Source: Camelus dromedarius (Eukaryota). Taken from it: a DNA stretch of 64,000 bases. A program made the translations under genes and the position numbers. The stretch is taken from contig NC_087436.1 in NCBI RefSeq assembly GCF_036321535.1, positions 67,768,001-67,832,000 of the forward strand, given 5' to 3'. Shown here one piece after another: positions 1-12,483 of the stretch. The notes under the pieces are model-generated. The model ran no database searches and had not been told where the DNA came from. It was given only the letters and a program-made list of their open reading frames with translations. How positions within the stretch are numbered: the stretch's first letter is position 1; each line of letters opens with the position of its first letter.

Positions 1-1328
1 GGATGAAACATTTCAATATGTCAGGTAACTCACTCCCTCATGCCATACACAAAAATAAACTCAAAATGGCTTTGAAGACTTAAATGGTAAGACACTATAA
101 ACCTCCTAGAAGAAAACATAGGCAAAACATTATCTGACATAAGTTTCAGCAATGTTCTCCTAAGGGCAGTCTACCCAGGCAATAGAAATAAAAGCAAAAT
201 AAACAAATGGGACCTAATTAAGCTTATAAGCTTTTGCACAGCAAAGGAAATCAAAAGCAAAAAGACAACCTACGGAATGGGAGAAAATATTTGCAAAAGA
301 TGAGACTGACAAGGGCTTAATTTCCAGAATATGTAAACAGCTCATACAACTGAATAACAAAAAAACAAAGAATCCAAAAATGGGCAGAAGACCTAAACAA
401 GTAAATCTCCAGTGAAGACATACAAATGGTCAATGGACACATGAAAAAATGCTCAGTATCACTAATTATCAGAGATATGCAAATCAAAACTACAATGAGG
501 TATCACCTCACACCAGTCAGAAGGGCCACCTTAAAAAGTCCACAAATGATAAATGCTAGAGAGGGTGTAGAGAAAAGGGAACCCTCCTACACTGTTGGTG
601 GGAATGTAGTTTGGTGCAGCTGTTGTGGAAAACAGTACGGAGATTCCTCAAAAAGCTAAAAATAGACTTACCATATGATCCAGCAATCCCAGTCCTGGGC
701 ATATATCCAGAGGGAATTTTAATTGAAAAATAAACATGCACCCCAGTGTTCACAGCAGCACTATTTACAATAGCCAAGGCATGGAAACAATCTAAATGTC
801 CATTGACAGAGGACTGGATAAAGAAGGTGTGGTATATTTATACATTGGAATACAACTCAGCCATAAAAAACAAAGTAATGCCATTTATAACATGGATGGA
901 CTTGGAGACTGTCATTCTGAGGTAAGCCAGAAAGAGAATGAAAAATACCATGTGATTATCACTTATATGTGGAATTAAAAAAAAAAAAAAAAAGAGAGAG
1001 AGAGGAGAGAAACAAACTTATTTACAAAACAGAAACAAACTCACAGACACAGATTACAAACTTATGGTTACCAGTGGGGAAGAGGGTGGAAAGGGGTAAA
1101 TTGAGGGTTCAAGATTTGCAGATCTAACTACTATATATAAAATAGATAAATAACAAGTTTATACTGTATAGCACAAGGAATTATATTCAGTATCTTGTAG
1201 TAACCTATAATGAAAAATAATATTTGTATGTACATGTATGACTGGAGCATTATGCTATACACCAGAAATTGACACAGCATTGTTAACTGACTATACTTCA
1301 ATTGAAAAAACAAAAAGAAAGAAAGAAA
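1..1328 (+). mobile_element. LINE-1 3' portion (ORF2 C-terminus plus 3'UTR and A-rich tail), camelid-type young L1, truncated by the window start
   Basis: The ORF at 426-659 ([15 protein letters not shown]...[13 protein letters not shown]) is the typical L1 ORF2 C-terminal region, broken by frameshifts. The 3'UTR ends accagaaattgacacagcattgttaactgactatacttcaatt followed by an A-rich tail. Confidence 0.95.
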
Positions 1329-1560
1329 TGATTCCTACAGTGCTACCTGATCAGTGTGGTAAAAGTCTCCTCACTTCCAATTATGGAAATAAAGAGTTGA
1401 AACCCTAAGCAAGAGAGATTTTATTTCTAGAAATCAGTGTTTTATAAATACATTTTGGCTAAGGACAAAGGACAGTCACTAGGTTATGCAGGGCTTTTAC
1501 ATTCAATTTCCTGTTCTAGTTTAATTCAAGGAGATGCCATTCAGAGAGTTGGCTTCAGAC

Positions 1561-1690
1561 CAAAGTGACCATCTAATTTATCACCAAAATCAGACAATTT
1601 TGAGAACAAAAGAGGAACTATTGATCATTAGGCTGGCAATACACAAAAACTAGAACTCTGCTGTGCCCCCTAGAACACATGGTCATGCAT
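1561..1690 (+). mobile_element. MER94-like hAT-Blackjack non-autonomous DNA transposon
   Basis: Ends gtgaccat...atggtcat form a decayed terminal inverted repeat (TIR). The internal taatttatcaccaaaatcagacaattttgaga resembles the recalled MER94 consensus; about 130 bp. Confidence 0.6.
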
Positions 1691-2145
1691 ACTGTAGACA
1701 TAACAGAAGCTCTAATCCTTATTGCATCACTTCATTAGCTATAAAAAATGTGGAAATTGTCTAATACAGCTCATACCCATTTTCTCCTTTATAAAAGATG
1801 AATTGAAGTGCCTAGAATTAAACAAAATATACATTCAAGGTGTCTGTCACATATTAATCATTCAAAAAATGATAGCTATTTTAGGAGATGATCTATTTTG
1901 GGAGGCACCTTTGATACGAACTCTGTCAGGCATAAGTTATTTCAAATTTTCTCATTGCCAAAATTTTCCGTCTATGTGCATCCCAGAATTTCTTCACTCC
2001 ATATGTATATATTCCCCTCTCTCCCTCTTGCTTGTCATCATTCCAATGAAAGGAACATGCCCACTAACTTCAAGGGAAGGATGAGAGACGTGTGGAGTTG
2101 AGCCATTCCAGGCAAGCTCAAGCTAAATGGACTAACGTTTTAGTT

Positions 2146-2476
2146 CAGGGTCTAGAGAACTTTGTTTCATATAAAGGAAAAGACTACAAACAGTTTCATC
2201 TTTAGGGCCATACAATCTCTATACCAGCTATCAACTCTGCCACCTTATCAGAAAAGTAGCTGTAGATAACATAAACCAATAGCTATGGCTTATTCTAATG
2301 AAACTTTACTCCTGGAGACTGAAATTTGAATTTCATGTTGTTTTGTTGTGCCACAAAATTTTTCTTAAATTTTTTTCAAACATTTCAAACTACAGAAACC
2401 ATCCTTAACTCATGAGATGCACAACAATAGGTTGAAAGCCTCATCTGGCCATCAAGCTCTAGTTTACCAACCCCTG
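2146..2476 (+). mobile_element. MER58B-like hAT-Charlie element
   Basis: Starts cagggt and ends accaacccctg, with internal gaaatttgaatttcat. Flanks ttttagtt / tattagct look like an 8-bp TSD with central TA. Confidence 0.75.
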
Positions 2477-2854
2477 TATTAGCTTGTTTAGTTTTAAATG
2501 TCATTAAGCCTGGTAAATTTTTGTAGTTAAGTGTTATTTTAGTACCAGCAAACTGATACAGCCTCACTACATAACAATCTATGATTGCCACTATATAAAC
2601 ATATGTATAATTTACTGTGTATCCAATTTTGGCAGCCCTTATGTTTGCATTTAATAGCACAATGCCAATTTTAATTTATTTAAAAATTGTGCTAAGAAAA
2701 AACTATAAAATAAAGTAGCATTCTGAAAATTTTCACCTGCTTTCTGGAAACTGAAAACAAATGAAACCAGCTACTTTGTTAAAGTGAATATAACATGTAT
2801 TACCTTTGGACGAGAACAGCCATAGCTTACTTTCCTTCTGAAACAATGACCAAC

Positions 2855-3110
2855 TTTTTTTTTTTTATTGAAGTATAGTCTAGTTATAAGGTTGTGCTAC
2901 CAGGTGTACAGCATAGTGATTCAGTTATACATATATATTATTTTTCATTATAGGTTATTACAAGATATTGAATATAGTTCCCTGTGCTATACAGTAGGAC
3001 CTTGTTGTTTGTCTATTTTATATGTAGTAGTTTGTATCTGCTAATCCCTAACTCTTAATTTATCCTTTCCCCCACTTTCTAGAAAGGAGGCAAGAGTATA
3101 CAGTGGAGGA
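2855..3110 (-). mobile_element. 5'-truncated, 5'-inverted L1 3' end
   Basis: Poly-T is followed by the reverse-complement L1 3'UTR (ttattgaagtatagtc...gatattgaatatagttccctgtgctatacagtagg). A sense-oriented ORF2-like 30-mer follows at 3081-3110. TSD aatgaccaactttt / aataaccaactttt. Confidence 0.9.
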
Positions 3111-3220
3111 AATAACCAACTTTTAAGGTGGTGGTTACCCAATCAGCCTCGGTCCTTAAGTGATCGTGTTTGAATTCCCTAGCTGCTGTCTATTAATGGA
3201 CAAGTAGCATGAAGGACAAT

Positions 3221-4040
3221 TGTTACATTAACTAAATACAGAGGACATTAGACTGAGGTGGCTTTAGAGCCTTGGCAATCTACGTAAGTAAACCAAAGCC
3301 TAAGCCTAAAAAATTATACAATGGAATACTATTCAGCCATAAAAACCAACAACATAACGCCATTTGCAGCAACATGGATGTTCCTAGAGAATGTCATTCT
3401 AAGTGAAGTAAGCCAGAAAGAGAAAGAAAAATACCATATGAGATCACTCACATGCGGAATCTAAAAAAAAACAAAAAACAAAAAAAAACCCCCATAAATA
3501 CAAAACAGAAACAGACTCATAGACATAGAATACAAACTTGTGGTTGCCAGGGGGTCAGGGGGTGGGAAGGGACAGACTGGGATTTCAAAATGTAGAATAG
3601 ATAAACAAGATTGTACTGTGTAGCACAGGGAAATATATACAGGATCTTGTGGCAGCTCACAGCAAAAGAGAATGTGACAATGAATGTATGTATGTTCATG
3701 TATAATTGAAAAATTGTGCTCTATGCTGGAATTTGACACAACATTGTAAAATGACTATAACTCAGTAAAAAAAATGTTTAAGAAAAAAAAAAGAAGTCAA
3801 AACCTAAGAACAACCAATCACAGACAGCCAACTAGGCTTTTCTAAATAAGGCAAATGCTCAAGCTATTGCCAGTCAAATAATTTCCTGGTTTTACTTCCA
3901 CATCTTATTTATAAAAGTCTTTCCCCTGGTTCCTGTCAGAGGAGTGCTCTTAACCACTTCCAGTTTGGTGCTGCTGGATTAGAATCAATTTTTGCTCAAA
4001 CTCTTAAAAATTGTAATAAACCTCAGTTTATCGTTTAACA
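3221..4040 (+). mobile_element. ERV1-class solo LTR (subfamily uncertain) interrupted by an L1 3' fragment
   Basis: Termini tgtta...taaca; internal CCAAT (aaccaatca), tataaaa and aataaa motifs in LTR order. An L1 occupies ~3314-3795. Confidence 0.7.
3314..3795 (+). mobile_element. Young camelid-type L1 3' end nested in an LTR
   Basis: atggaatactattcagccataaaa...tgcagcaacatggatg...atttgacacaacattgtaaaatgactataactcagtaaaaa plus A tail; homologous to 845-1310. Confidence 0.92.
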
Positions 4041-4180
4041 GATGTTTAACAAGAATGAAACTTGTTTAGTGGCATAGATGTGGGGTTGCTCGCTATTACC
4101 ACATAACTTGACACGATACGTGTATATATAAATGATCAAGATTTGGCTTCCTAAGCTATATTTAATTTTAAAGATGAATA

Positions 4181-4430
4181 CAGGCATACTTCAGAGATAC
4201 TGCAGGTTTCATTACAAATCACCATAATAAAATGAGTAACACAATAAAGCAAGGCATGTGAATTTTCTGGTTTCCCAGTGGATGTAAAAGCTATGTTTAC
4301 ACTATACTGTAGTCTATTAAGTGTGTGATAGCATTATGTCTACACAATGTACATACTTTAATTAAAAAAATTATTTATTGCTAAGAATTCTAACCATCAT
4401 CTTATAAGGCAGGGTTGCCACAATACTTCA

Positions 4431-4462
<32 letters not shown>

Positions 4463-4519
4463 GAATGCAGTATCTGCAAAGTGCCATAAAACAAAGTGTA
4501 ATAAAATGACATATGCCTA
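4181..4519 (-). mobile_element. Tigger1-derived internally deleted TcMar element (Tigger1a_Art-like)
   Basis: TIRs caggcatac... / ...atatgccta with TA target duplication at both ends. Contains both Tigger1 ends in ~340 bp and an expanded internal A run. Confidence 0.85.
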
Positions 4520-6546
4520 TAAAGATGACAAAATAAAATATAACAATTTTAAAATTTAATACTGTGCCCTTCCTATTTAAAAGGCAAATACTGTGTATCA
4601 TTGATCTACAAACTTCACAGATTAAATATAAAATTCCAGAAAATAAATATAAATGTCAAATAACATATTTAAGCAGATAGGTGTGGCTGTCACCATCAAA
4701 TTTAAAAATTGCTAATATGGACCAAAGCAATTCCATTACATACACTAAGCTTCTATCAGAGAGTCTAAAGCAAGTCAATTATGGTCTGTAAAGAAATACC
4801 GTAAATTGTTCCTCCATACAAACAAAAGCAAATAAATGACACTTCGGATGAATTTTTCTTATCTGCAAGTAATTCTTCTATTGCTCAAAAGAAGTTGAGG
4901 TCTGGTGCCTTGAAATAATGCAATTGTTAACCTATGAGTTGTTTTGTCTTTTCTGTGCCCTAAGTTGTTGCTCAAAGCACATTAATATAAATTCTGCACT
5001 GCAAGTATCCTCTCTTGATTTAGGGAAATGAAAGGGCAAACAAGGAACCGACACATACTTTACTTACCTTTTACCACACAATTGCATTCAATCTGTTGCT
5101 AGAAATCCTCTAGTTCCGCTTAGCCCTAAATCACTGGTATTCAGAGGTTTATTGCACATTCACACTCATTTGTCATTTGCAGGAAGTCTAACTGAGAGAA
5201 TTTACAGTTGGTTGAGTGCTTCATTTAGATTGTACATGTTTAATAAAAGCTTTTTAAGTTACTAATCTCCGCTTGGGAAACAACAAAAGTGCTTGAGGGT
5301 TAAAGAATAAAACATAGCAGGTAAATGTTATGGTGTGACATTTCCTTATAATGTTTCCCGAGTAACTGCATTTATTGGCTTTGAAATGTTTTTACACATC
5401 TAACATGCTTTGCTGGAAAAATTTAGCCTATCAGTTATACCATGTGATGGAAAAGTAATGGTAGAATTACTCCTCAGTCAAAATGCTGTGGTTAGCTGAA
5501 AATAGTGTCAGTAAGCATTGCACTGTAGGAGAAAGTCTAAAATAATATCTCAAGTGAAATAATCTTGAGATCTCATACAAATAAATCTAATTAAATACTA
5601 GGAACTGGCTTTAGTCTGTGTTATTCTGCAGTCATTTTAAAATGCAATTCTGATTTTCAACTTGCATTACTGAACCCTATGCATTGTTTATGGGATGGTC
5701 CTGCACAGTGGGAACTCATTTTACACAAATAATCCTTGTTGCCATTTAGATTTATATTTCAAAGAAAATGTGACATCATGTAGAAAACAAGACTGAAATT
5801 AAGGTTCAAAAACGTGCCAGGAATAAACTTTGAAGAACCTAGATACATCAGCATTTGAATTCTTTCTGGCTTGGTGTGGTGGGATTGTTTGGCTACACAG
5901 CAATAAGAAAAATTCAAAGATGCTAATGAACAGTGCTACAGAACAAAAATGGAATCCAGCTCTTTTAGGAGAAAATTCATGAGACTCTGCCTGTCTTCTA
6001 ATTATTTAGCAAATGTTAGTGCCTTGCTTTTTTTCTTAGCGTGGTAGACTAAATGCTGGCCGTACTACATGATGCTGAACAGGTTTTAAACTCTACTGTT
6101 TCTACTCAACTCTTCTCTTAAATCAAAGTTTTAATCCACTGTTACCACATACCTCAAACTGGATTAGAATCTGAGTGAAAAACCAAAACATATGAACTCT
6201 TTGGAATTATGTTGATGATAAAGCGAGGCTTGAAACACGTCATCATTTGTCCTTTTCTCAGAATTCAGTTTACAGTTGACTAAATAAAGAAAAGCATTCT
6301 CTAAACAGATGGCCATAATTGCTAACATCAAGAAGATTGATGAAACTATTCTCACTGATTAGAGTGTTAGACAAAATTTCTCTAAATAAAAATATTTTAA
6401 TTGGGTTTTGATTTGAACTGGTCTGATTCAGATTCACTTGTCCCATATAAATTTTGGAAAGCCTGAAGAGGAATGATGGAAGGAAGTACTCTGGTAACAT
6501 GAAAGGAGAGTATTACCAACAGGGAACAAATGTTTGGATTTTCCCC

Positions 6547-6862
6547 TTCATCCATTTAGCAAACAATTATTGAGCATCTTATCTAATTTTTTAGATGTTG
6601 GAAACAGCAGTGAACAAACATGCTTCCTGTATTCATGAAGCAAGTGGGAGAAAGAGCCAATTATAAAAAAGCAAGTAAATGATTTCTTCATGAGTTTTAT
6701 ACAGAAAAATAAAACTTACAAAGAGGTTAGAAATGGCGTCTGGGAGATATTTTGCCACTTTTACAGTGTCAGAGAAGTCCAACTAATAATGTGACATTTC
6801 AACAGAAACTAAGGGAAGGTGACAGAGTGAACAATATGGATCACCAGGGAGAAAAATCAGCA
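6547..6862 (-). mobile_element. L2 3' end fragment
   Basis: ttcatccatttagcaaacaattattgagcatc...acagcagtgaacaa is the reverse complement of the L2 3' terminus. Confidence 0.7.
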
Positions 6863-9800
6863 ACATCTTAAGTCTAGTTTTACATGAAGCAACATCAGCT
6901 AAAGCAACATAAATAGCAACATACAGAGGAATTGTTTTTTGAGTCATTAATTCCTTGAAAGTTGTATTCAACACAGCACGAAAGTTTAATCTTCATCTCC
7001 GTTTACCATTCCCTTCACTTCTTTTCTGAGCTGGCTTTCTCACCTTGGCTTTCCTAACACTATACCCTCAATGCAGTCTGCTTCATTGCTTCAAATAGCC
7101 TGCACAATGGCAGTGTCATCCCCGTTCCTCAAATTTTGTTTGTGTAACCATTGCAGGTTTAAGAGAGGTAAGAACTACATATCATTTGTTTGTTCTAGAA
7201 ATTGATTGTAAATCAATCAAGACAATGAATGAGGAATCTCAGTGATAAGGATTCCCAAAGTACAAATTTTAAAAGGGAGCATTTGGTGTATGCAGTTAAT
7301 TAACACTGATAGTCAAACTACAAAATTTGTAGACATATTTGCAGATGTAGCCAAACTAAGTAATTTCAGATCAAAAAAAATTTAAAACATTAATAGTGTC
7401 TAAATTTTCTTTGTCTACTATTCAATGAATATATTGATATATTGGTTATTGAGAAAGTATCCCCTGACTTGTATTATGGATTATGAATTATGAATGTATA
7501 TTCATATTTATTGTATTATAACCTCAAAAAAGCAATGATACTGGTTTGTTCATTTTTTCAAGAGTAAAAAAAAAACCTAGTTAGATTAAATTAATATACA
7601 GAATCCATTGATTAGGATGTCATTTTTCAGTATCTGCAGTATAGAATTTGTATCTCTGATCTTTTAAACTGTAGGTCTTGTCAAATTTGAAAGAAGAAAA
7701 TTTTCAATTACAGCAAATCATTTTTTAAAAAGAGATGGATGTTTATGTTAACAGAGATTAAACACATTAAGGACTCTCTTCTTTACTGTAACATACTTAA
7801 TTTTTCATTTCTGTTATATTACAAGAAAGATATTCTTTGTATTTAATGCTGTATTGGGTACAGAGTGCAGAATAAAATTTGGAGGTTTTTCTAGCACATT
7901 AGAAACTTAAAGAGCTTAACTTTTAACACCTATTATAACTTTAAATATAGAAAATGCCAAATCCTTAAAGAAAAAAAATCCACTACAGGAAAATCGGCCG
8001 GTGCAAAGGTAAACTTGAGTAGGGGTCAGGACCTCTCTACTCTAGCTGAGTGTCATTTTTTTAACTTATTTCCAGGCCACCCATCTGGTTTTCTGGGTCG
8101 TGAGATTTCTTTTCACCAGGCTAAAGGCAGAGGAAGTATCCAAAGACCTTCATTCTGGGATTCCACCTGGCATGCACAGGGTTACCCAGAGGAGCCCACA
8201 GCAGAGTTTTCATAGCACAGAAATGGAGGTTTGTGTGTATCAAATCCTTGACAAATGTTTCAGCAGTTAAGTAAAACTTTGTTTATATTGCGTGCCTCTC
8301 AACAGAAATTAAGAACTGTGGAAACAATTCGCGCAAGTGGTTGGCAATCTTCTCTTGTTCTCTTTTAGTGAATATGACAAGCTCACCTGCTGTGGGAGGC
8401 TGAAAAGAAAGGACAATCTCACCACATTAATAAAACATGAGCCACAACTGAATCTGAGGCCAACTAAACCACCAGAGACTTACTGTGATGCTTAATTTTG
8501 TCGATGATGGAAGTACTTTAGCCCGAGGTAACTTTCATGGAGGCCATATTTGCGTGCAAACTTTCACTTAAGGCACTGCAACCGGGCAGAGTTAATGTTC
8601 ATGGGAGTGTAAACTTACAGTAAAAGGCAGGAACCACATAAGATGTTACATCACTCAAGGCAGTCAACTTGGGTAGTGGCCTAATGTTTTATTGAAGCTC
8701 ATTCTTCCTCACAGGAGATCTGAAAACCCACTTAGTGCCCTCAGAAGATTGTCTGTTTTGGCTTCATGGACTGGTTCCCAATCACAGAAAGATAAAAACA
8801 TCAAAATAAGCTAATAGGGTTTTGCCATGAAATACAGCCTCAGGAGAGCTAGAAGTAAAAGGGGGAGGTTGCTGGGGGATCTATTAAGTTCAAGGGTTTA
8901 CTGAAGTTAAGGGGACATGCTCCAGTAAAGAGGAAGGCAGGGGACAGGGAGAACACACAAGAGAAAGGCGAGTAAGAAGGGAAAAATTGTCTAGCAAATA
9001 GAATAGAAATAAGCAAGACCCAACAAAATTGAGTAACATCATGCTTAAATTTTGTAGCAATCCAACTGTTTGAAAATGATGCTGAAGCACTGAAACAGAA
9101 TTAGTATGACTCATATAACTAATTCCTTAGAAAATCATTTGAAACAATAAGAACTCATAACGGTTTGCCACCAGAGAAGACATTTTATAAAATAAGAGAA
9201 TTTTTCCTTCTGTCAATTACATATTCTCAGGCAACGATTTCAAATTGTGTTTTCATTTATTTCCACGCTTCTTCCTTGAAACAAAGAAAACCTAATTTCT
9301 ATAATAGGAATAATTTATATTTTAACCAGAGAGTGTTTGAAAATAGTACGAAGAGAAAACATCAACCACTGTTTATTGGAGCACCCCCTGGGATTTACTG
9401 TTGATCTGATCTTCAGTTATTTGTGGGATTTTAAGCAAAGGCTTAAGGAGAGCAGTCTATGAAGGGCATAGCATGTCTTACAGTGGAGTTAATACTTCTT
9501 AGTCACAGTGTGCTTCAGTTTGTCGTGAGTAAACTAAAACCATGATTTTAGAAGTGTTTTACCACCTTTTGTGCAACTGTAGTATTTGCTATCTAATAAC
9601 TCATAGAAGTCCTTTCTGGGAGGCAATGGTACCCACTCACTGGTTCATAAAATTTGTTACAGAGGGCACTGATGTTTTTGGTAAAAGCATTAGAGAACAA
9701 ATTTAGAATTGCATATTTTCACATTTGCAAGAGCATCTATGTCACTCTCCACTTGTTCTAATTTCCATAGCAAGAAAGGGCTTAAAGGAGGGTATAGGTT

Positions 9801-9947
9801 GTATAAATGCATGTCACTTTGATAGTTCTTGTCTTATGATGTATTAACTGTGAACCAGAGCTGAATATAGACATTTAGAAACAATCGTCATTGAGGTAAA
9901 AATTTCTCCTGTACTTTCAAACCATAACGAAACATTACCTTTGGGAA

Positions 9948-10230
9948 CAGCTGCAAATCGTTTCCTTCTCTAGTTGAATTCAACCAGCAAATGCATTTTT
10001 GTGTGTGTGTGTGGCCCAGACACATTTTTAAAAATTTCTCATAACTTGGTCCAACTATTGAAAATGGGTGTGTTTTACATTCACTGCCTAAGTTGCAACT
10101 TCTCTCAAAAATCAACAGATCTGGCATTGCTGGGTGCACATTATCAATTGGCACCTGTCGGGTGGTCACTGGCGTGACTGGACCCTGTGGCCAGCCTTCT
10201 CCCATCCACTACTAGCTCCAACTCCCCGCA
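9948..10230. mobile_element. MER102-like hAT-Charlie element
   Basis: gaattcaaccagcaaatgcatttttgtg...ggcccagaca...cttctctcaaaaatcaacagatctggca resembles the recalled MER102 consensus. Confidence 0.6.
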
Positions 10231-10339
10231 GTCTCAGTAACATTAATACACATTTTCTTTGCCACTTGTTTTTAAATTAAAACTTTCTGTATCCTTTTTG
10301 CTATTAAAAGCTGAAAAATGTGTATAAAATAAGAGAGCC

Positions 10340-10697
10340 TTATAGTTCAAGAAAATAGAAGAACGTATGTCTTTTGGGCATGAAGAATGTGCCTGTGATT
10401 TCAGGATCAAGGACTCCAGGTGGTTTGCTGTGACTCAGGCACAGGGGACATACAGGAAGAAGCGATGGCAAAATCTGGGGCTCAGATTTTTGAACACCCT
10501 TGTGTGTATTCTATGCCAAAGAGCTTAGATTATTCCATCGGTGATGAGGGAACCACTGAAGCAAGAAGGTGACTTTATCAGATACAAGTTTTAGAGTGAT
10601 GAAATTTTTATTTGGTGTGGAGGCAAATGAAGGCAGGAAGAATACTTAAGAAGCTTTTACAACAATCTATGGGGGCAAATAAGGGTTTGAAATCGGG
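10340..10697 (-). mobile_element. L2 fragment
   Basis: gccaaagagcttagattattcc...gggaaccactgaagcaagaaggtgac...atcagat...ttttaga is a typical antisense L2 motif series. Confidence 0.6.
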
Positions 10698-10699
10698 TT

Positions 10700-10990
10700 A
10701 TGCTTCCTAAACTCGAATGATTTACACAGATCAAATACTGGCATTTACTGAACATTTTTTTTCTTTTCAGTGACTCATTTTAAAAGGAAATTTTAGATTG
10801 CTAGCACTATAGATGGCATGATAGTATCACGTGCCAGAAGCAGAAGATAGGTAAAAAATGAATTCAAGAAAACAAAAATCACTCTTGATTCCTAGGTTGG
10901 CATCCTTGCCATCTAAGGCTCTGAGCCTGAGGCTGCTCCATCTTGGTTGAACAGGACAGTTTTAGCTGAGACTAGGATCTAGATTGAGAC
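10700..10990. mobile_element. Charlie4-like hAT DNA transposon fragment
   Basis: aaaggaaattttagattgctagcact...agtatcacgtgcca...aaggctctgagcctgaggc resembles the recalled Charlie4a consensus. Confidence 0.5.
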
Positions 10991-11339
10991 TGTTTTTAAT
11001 AGAAGAAGGACTGAAAGAGAATTGAAAAGTAACTTTTTGTTCATGGGTCAACAGCACTTAAAACCATGTCAGACAAGTACCTACAATGACCTTGCTCCAC
11101 TGCTGTCCGTTTCTTTTCAAGGAAAACCTTGAATGAAGGCTATGGCCATGCCAGTGAGGAGGTGGACCCAAAAGTCATTTAGGAAGCCAAAATCATAAAA
11201 TCAGGAGCCTAATCAGAATGGCTGCTCACTTCTAATATTAAGCTCCTTTCCTTTTTTGGATGTTGGAGTCAATCTAGTAAAAAGAAAATTTCAGTGGAAC
11301 AATATAAAAAGTAAAAGATATGAGAATTATAGTCATTAT

Positions 11340-11909
11340 TGTAGGCAGTTAGAAATGAGTACCAGGCAAAGGGAGAGGAAGCAGGAGGGAGCAAGCCAGA
11401 AAATAACAGTACCCTGGCACTCAGGATAAGGGGCTCCAAAAACTTTTACTTTCTCTAAATGAGGGCCAGCAAAAAAGCCAGCCAGGATTGCACGCTGCAG
11501 CTGCACAGCAGAGAGAAGGACTCGGTTTAACCTAACCCGATGCGCATTATAATGTAATTAACAATACAGTTTGAGCCCCTCCCACATGTTTCTCTGTGTG
11601 CTTCATGGGTAAGAACATGCACAAAAGGGATGGGCGTGCCTGATCACAAGGAAGGTGAGCCATGAATCAATCAATCACAAAAATTCCCCCTAAGCCAGGA
11701 TATAAGAACAGAAAAAACGAAGGAACGGTGCCATTTTTTTCCTCTCTTGGGTTGGCCTACTCCCAGTTCTCGGGGTATACTGTATTTTACTACTTTTTTG
11801 CTTCACTAATAAAATCTTCTGTTTATATCACACTTTCTCTCTCTTTGAAAATTCTTTTTTTTCGGTGACTAAGAACTGAAGTAACATTTTTCCCTTCCTC
11901 TTGGTAATA
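11340..11909 (+). mobile_element. Solo LTR of an endogenous retrovirus, probably lineage-specific
   Basis: TG start; end ggtaata (mutated from CA). 5-bp TSD attat at 11335-11339 and 11910-11914, TATA (tataag, 11701) and aataaa (11808), with several retained CpGs. Confidence 0.85.
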
Positions 11910-11910
11910 A

Positions 11911-12060
11911 TTATATATAAATATATTATATATAATACTTTATATATGTATATGGATATATATACTTATATGTAAATACATGATATGAAAGAGTAGTCAT
12001 TTATAATACACAAAACATATATACAATATCTTTATATATAATACTTCTATATATTTTTTC
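11911..12060. repeat. TA-rich low-complexity tract
   Basis: Degenerate (TA)n directly visible. Confidence 0.8.
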
Positions 12061-12189
12061 TATAACTTACCATAGAAATGGCAGAAAAACACTTATTTTA
12101 AATAAATACATTGTAATGGTTAATGATTTAAAAGAAGGTGATAACAATGATGATTAAGGGCCCCCAAATCTGACTCAACCCTCATTTAA

Positions 12190-12483
12190 ACCACTGTTGA
12201 AACTAAAAATCACTAGTTTCACACTAGTGAAAGGGAGAAAACTTTGACAAATGTGCTTTTAGCAATACAGAGAGATAGACATTTTTTTCCTTGGAAAGAA
12301 AAAAGATGGTTGAATATTTACCCATTCTTATAAAAAACATAAGTTACATATCTGGTTATTCTGAGAAAAAGGAAAACAATGTTCCTGTGTTTAGTATACA
12401 GTGTGTGTGCCCTTCTTTCCAGCTGGACTACTTTACTCATTTATTTCCCCTGTCTTCCTAGTAGGCATTTACATCTCAACCCT
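12190..12483. mobile_element. MER113-like hAT-Charlie fragment
   Basis: End ctttactcatttatttcccctgtc...gtaggcatttacatctcaaccc resembles the recalled MER113 terminus. Confidence 0.45.

Noticed and set aside
426..978. ORFs similar to L1 ORF2 C-terminus
   Set aside because: Frameshifted fragments of a retrotransposon, not a host gene.
1722..2084. 120-aa ORF in unique DNA
   Set aside because: Starts at a non-ATG codon, has no recognisable protein features and no splice context.
5062..5130. Minus-strand consensus donor (aag|gtaagta)
   Set aside because: The longer upstream extension has stops in all frames and the nearest acceptor is weak.
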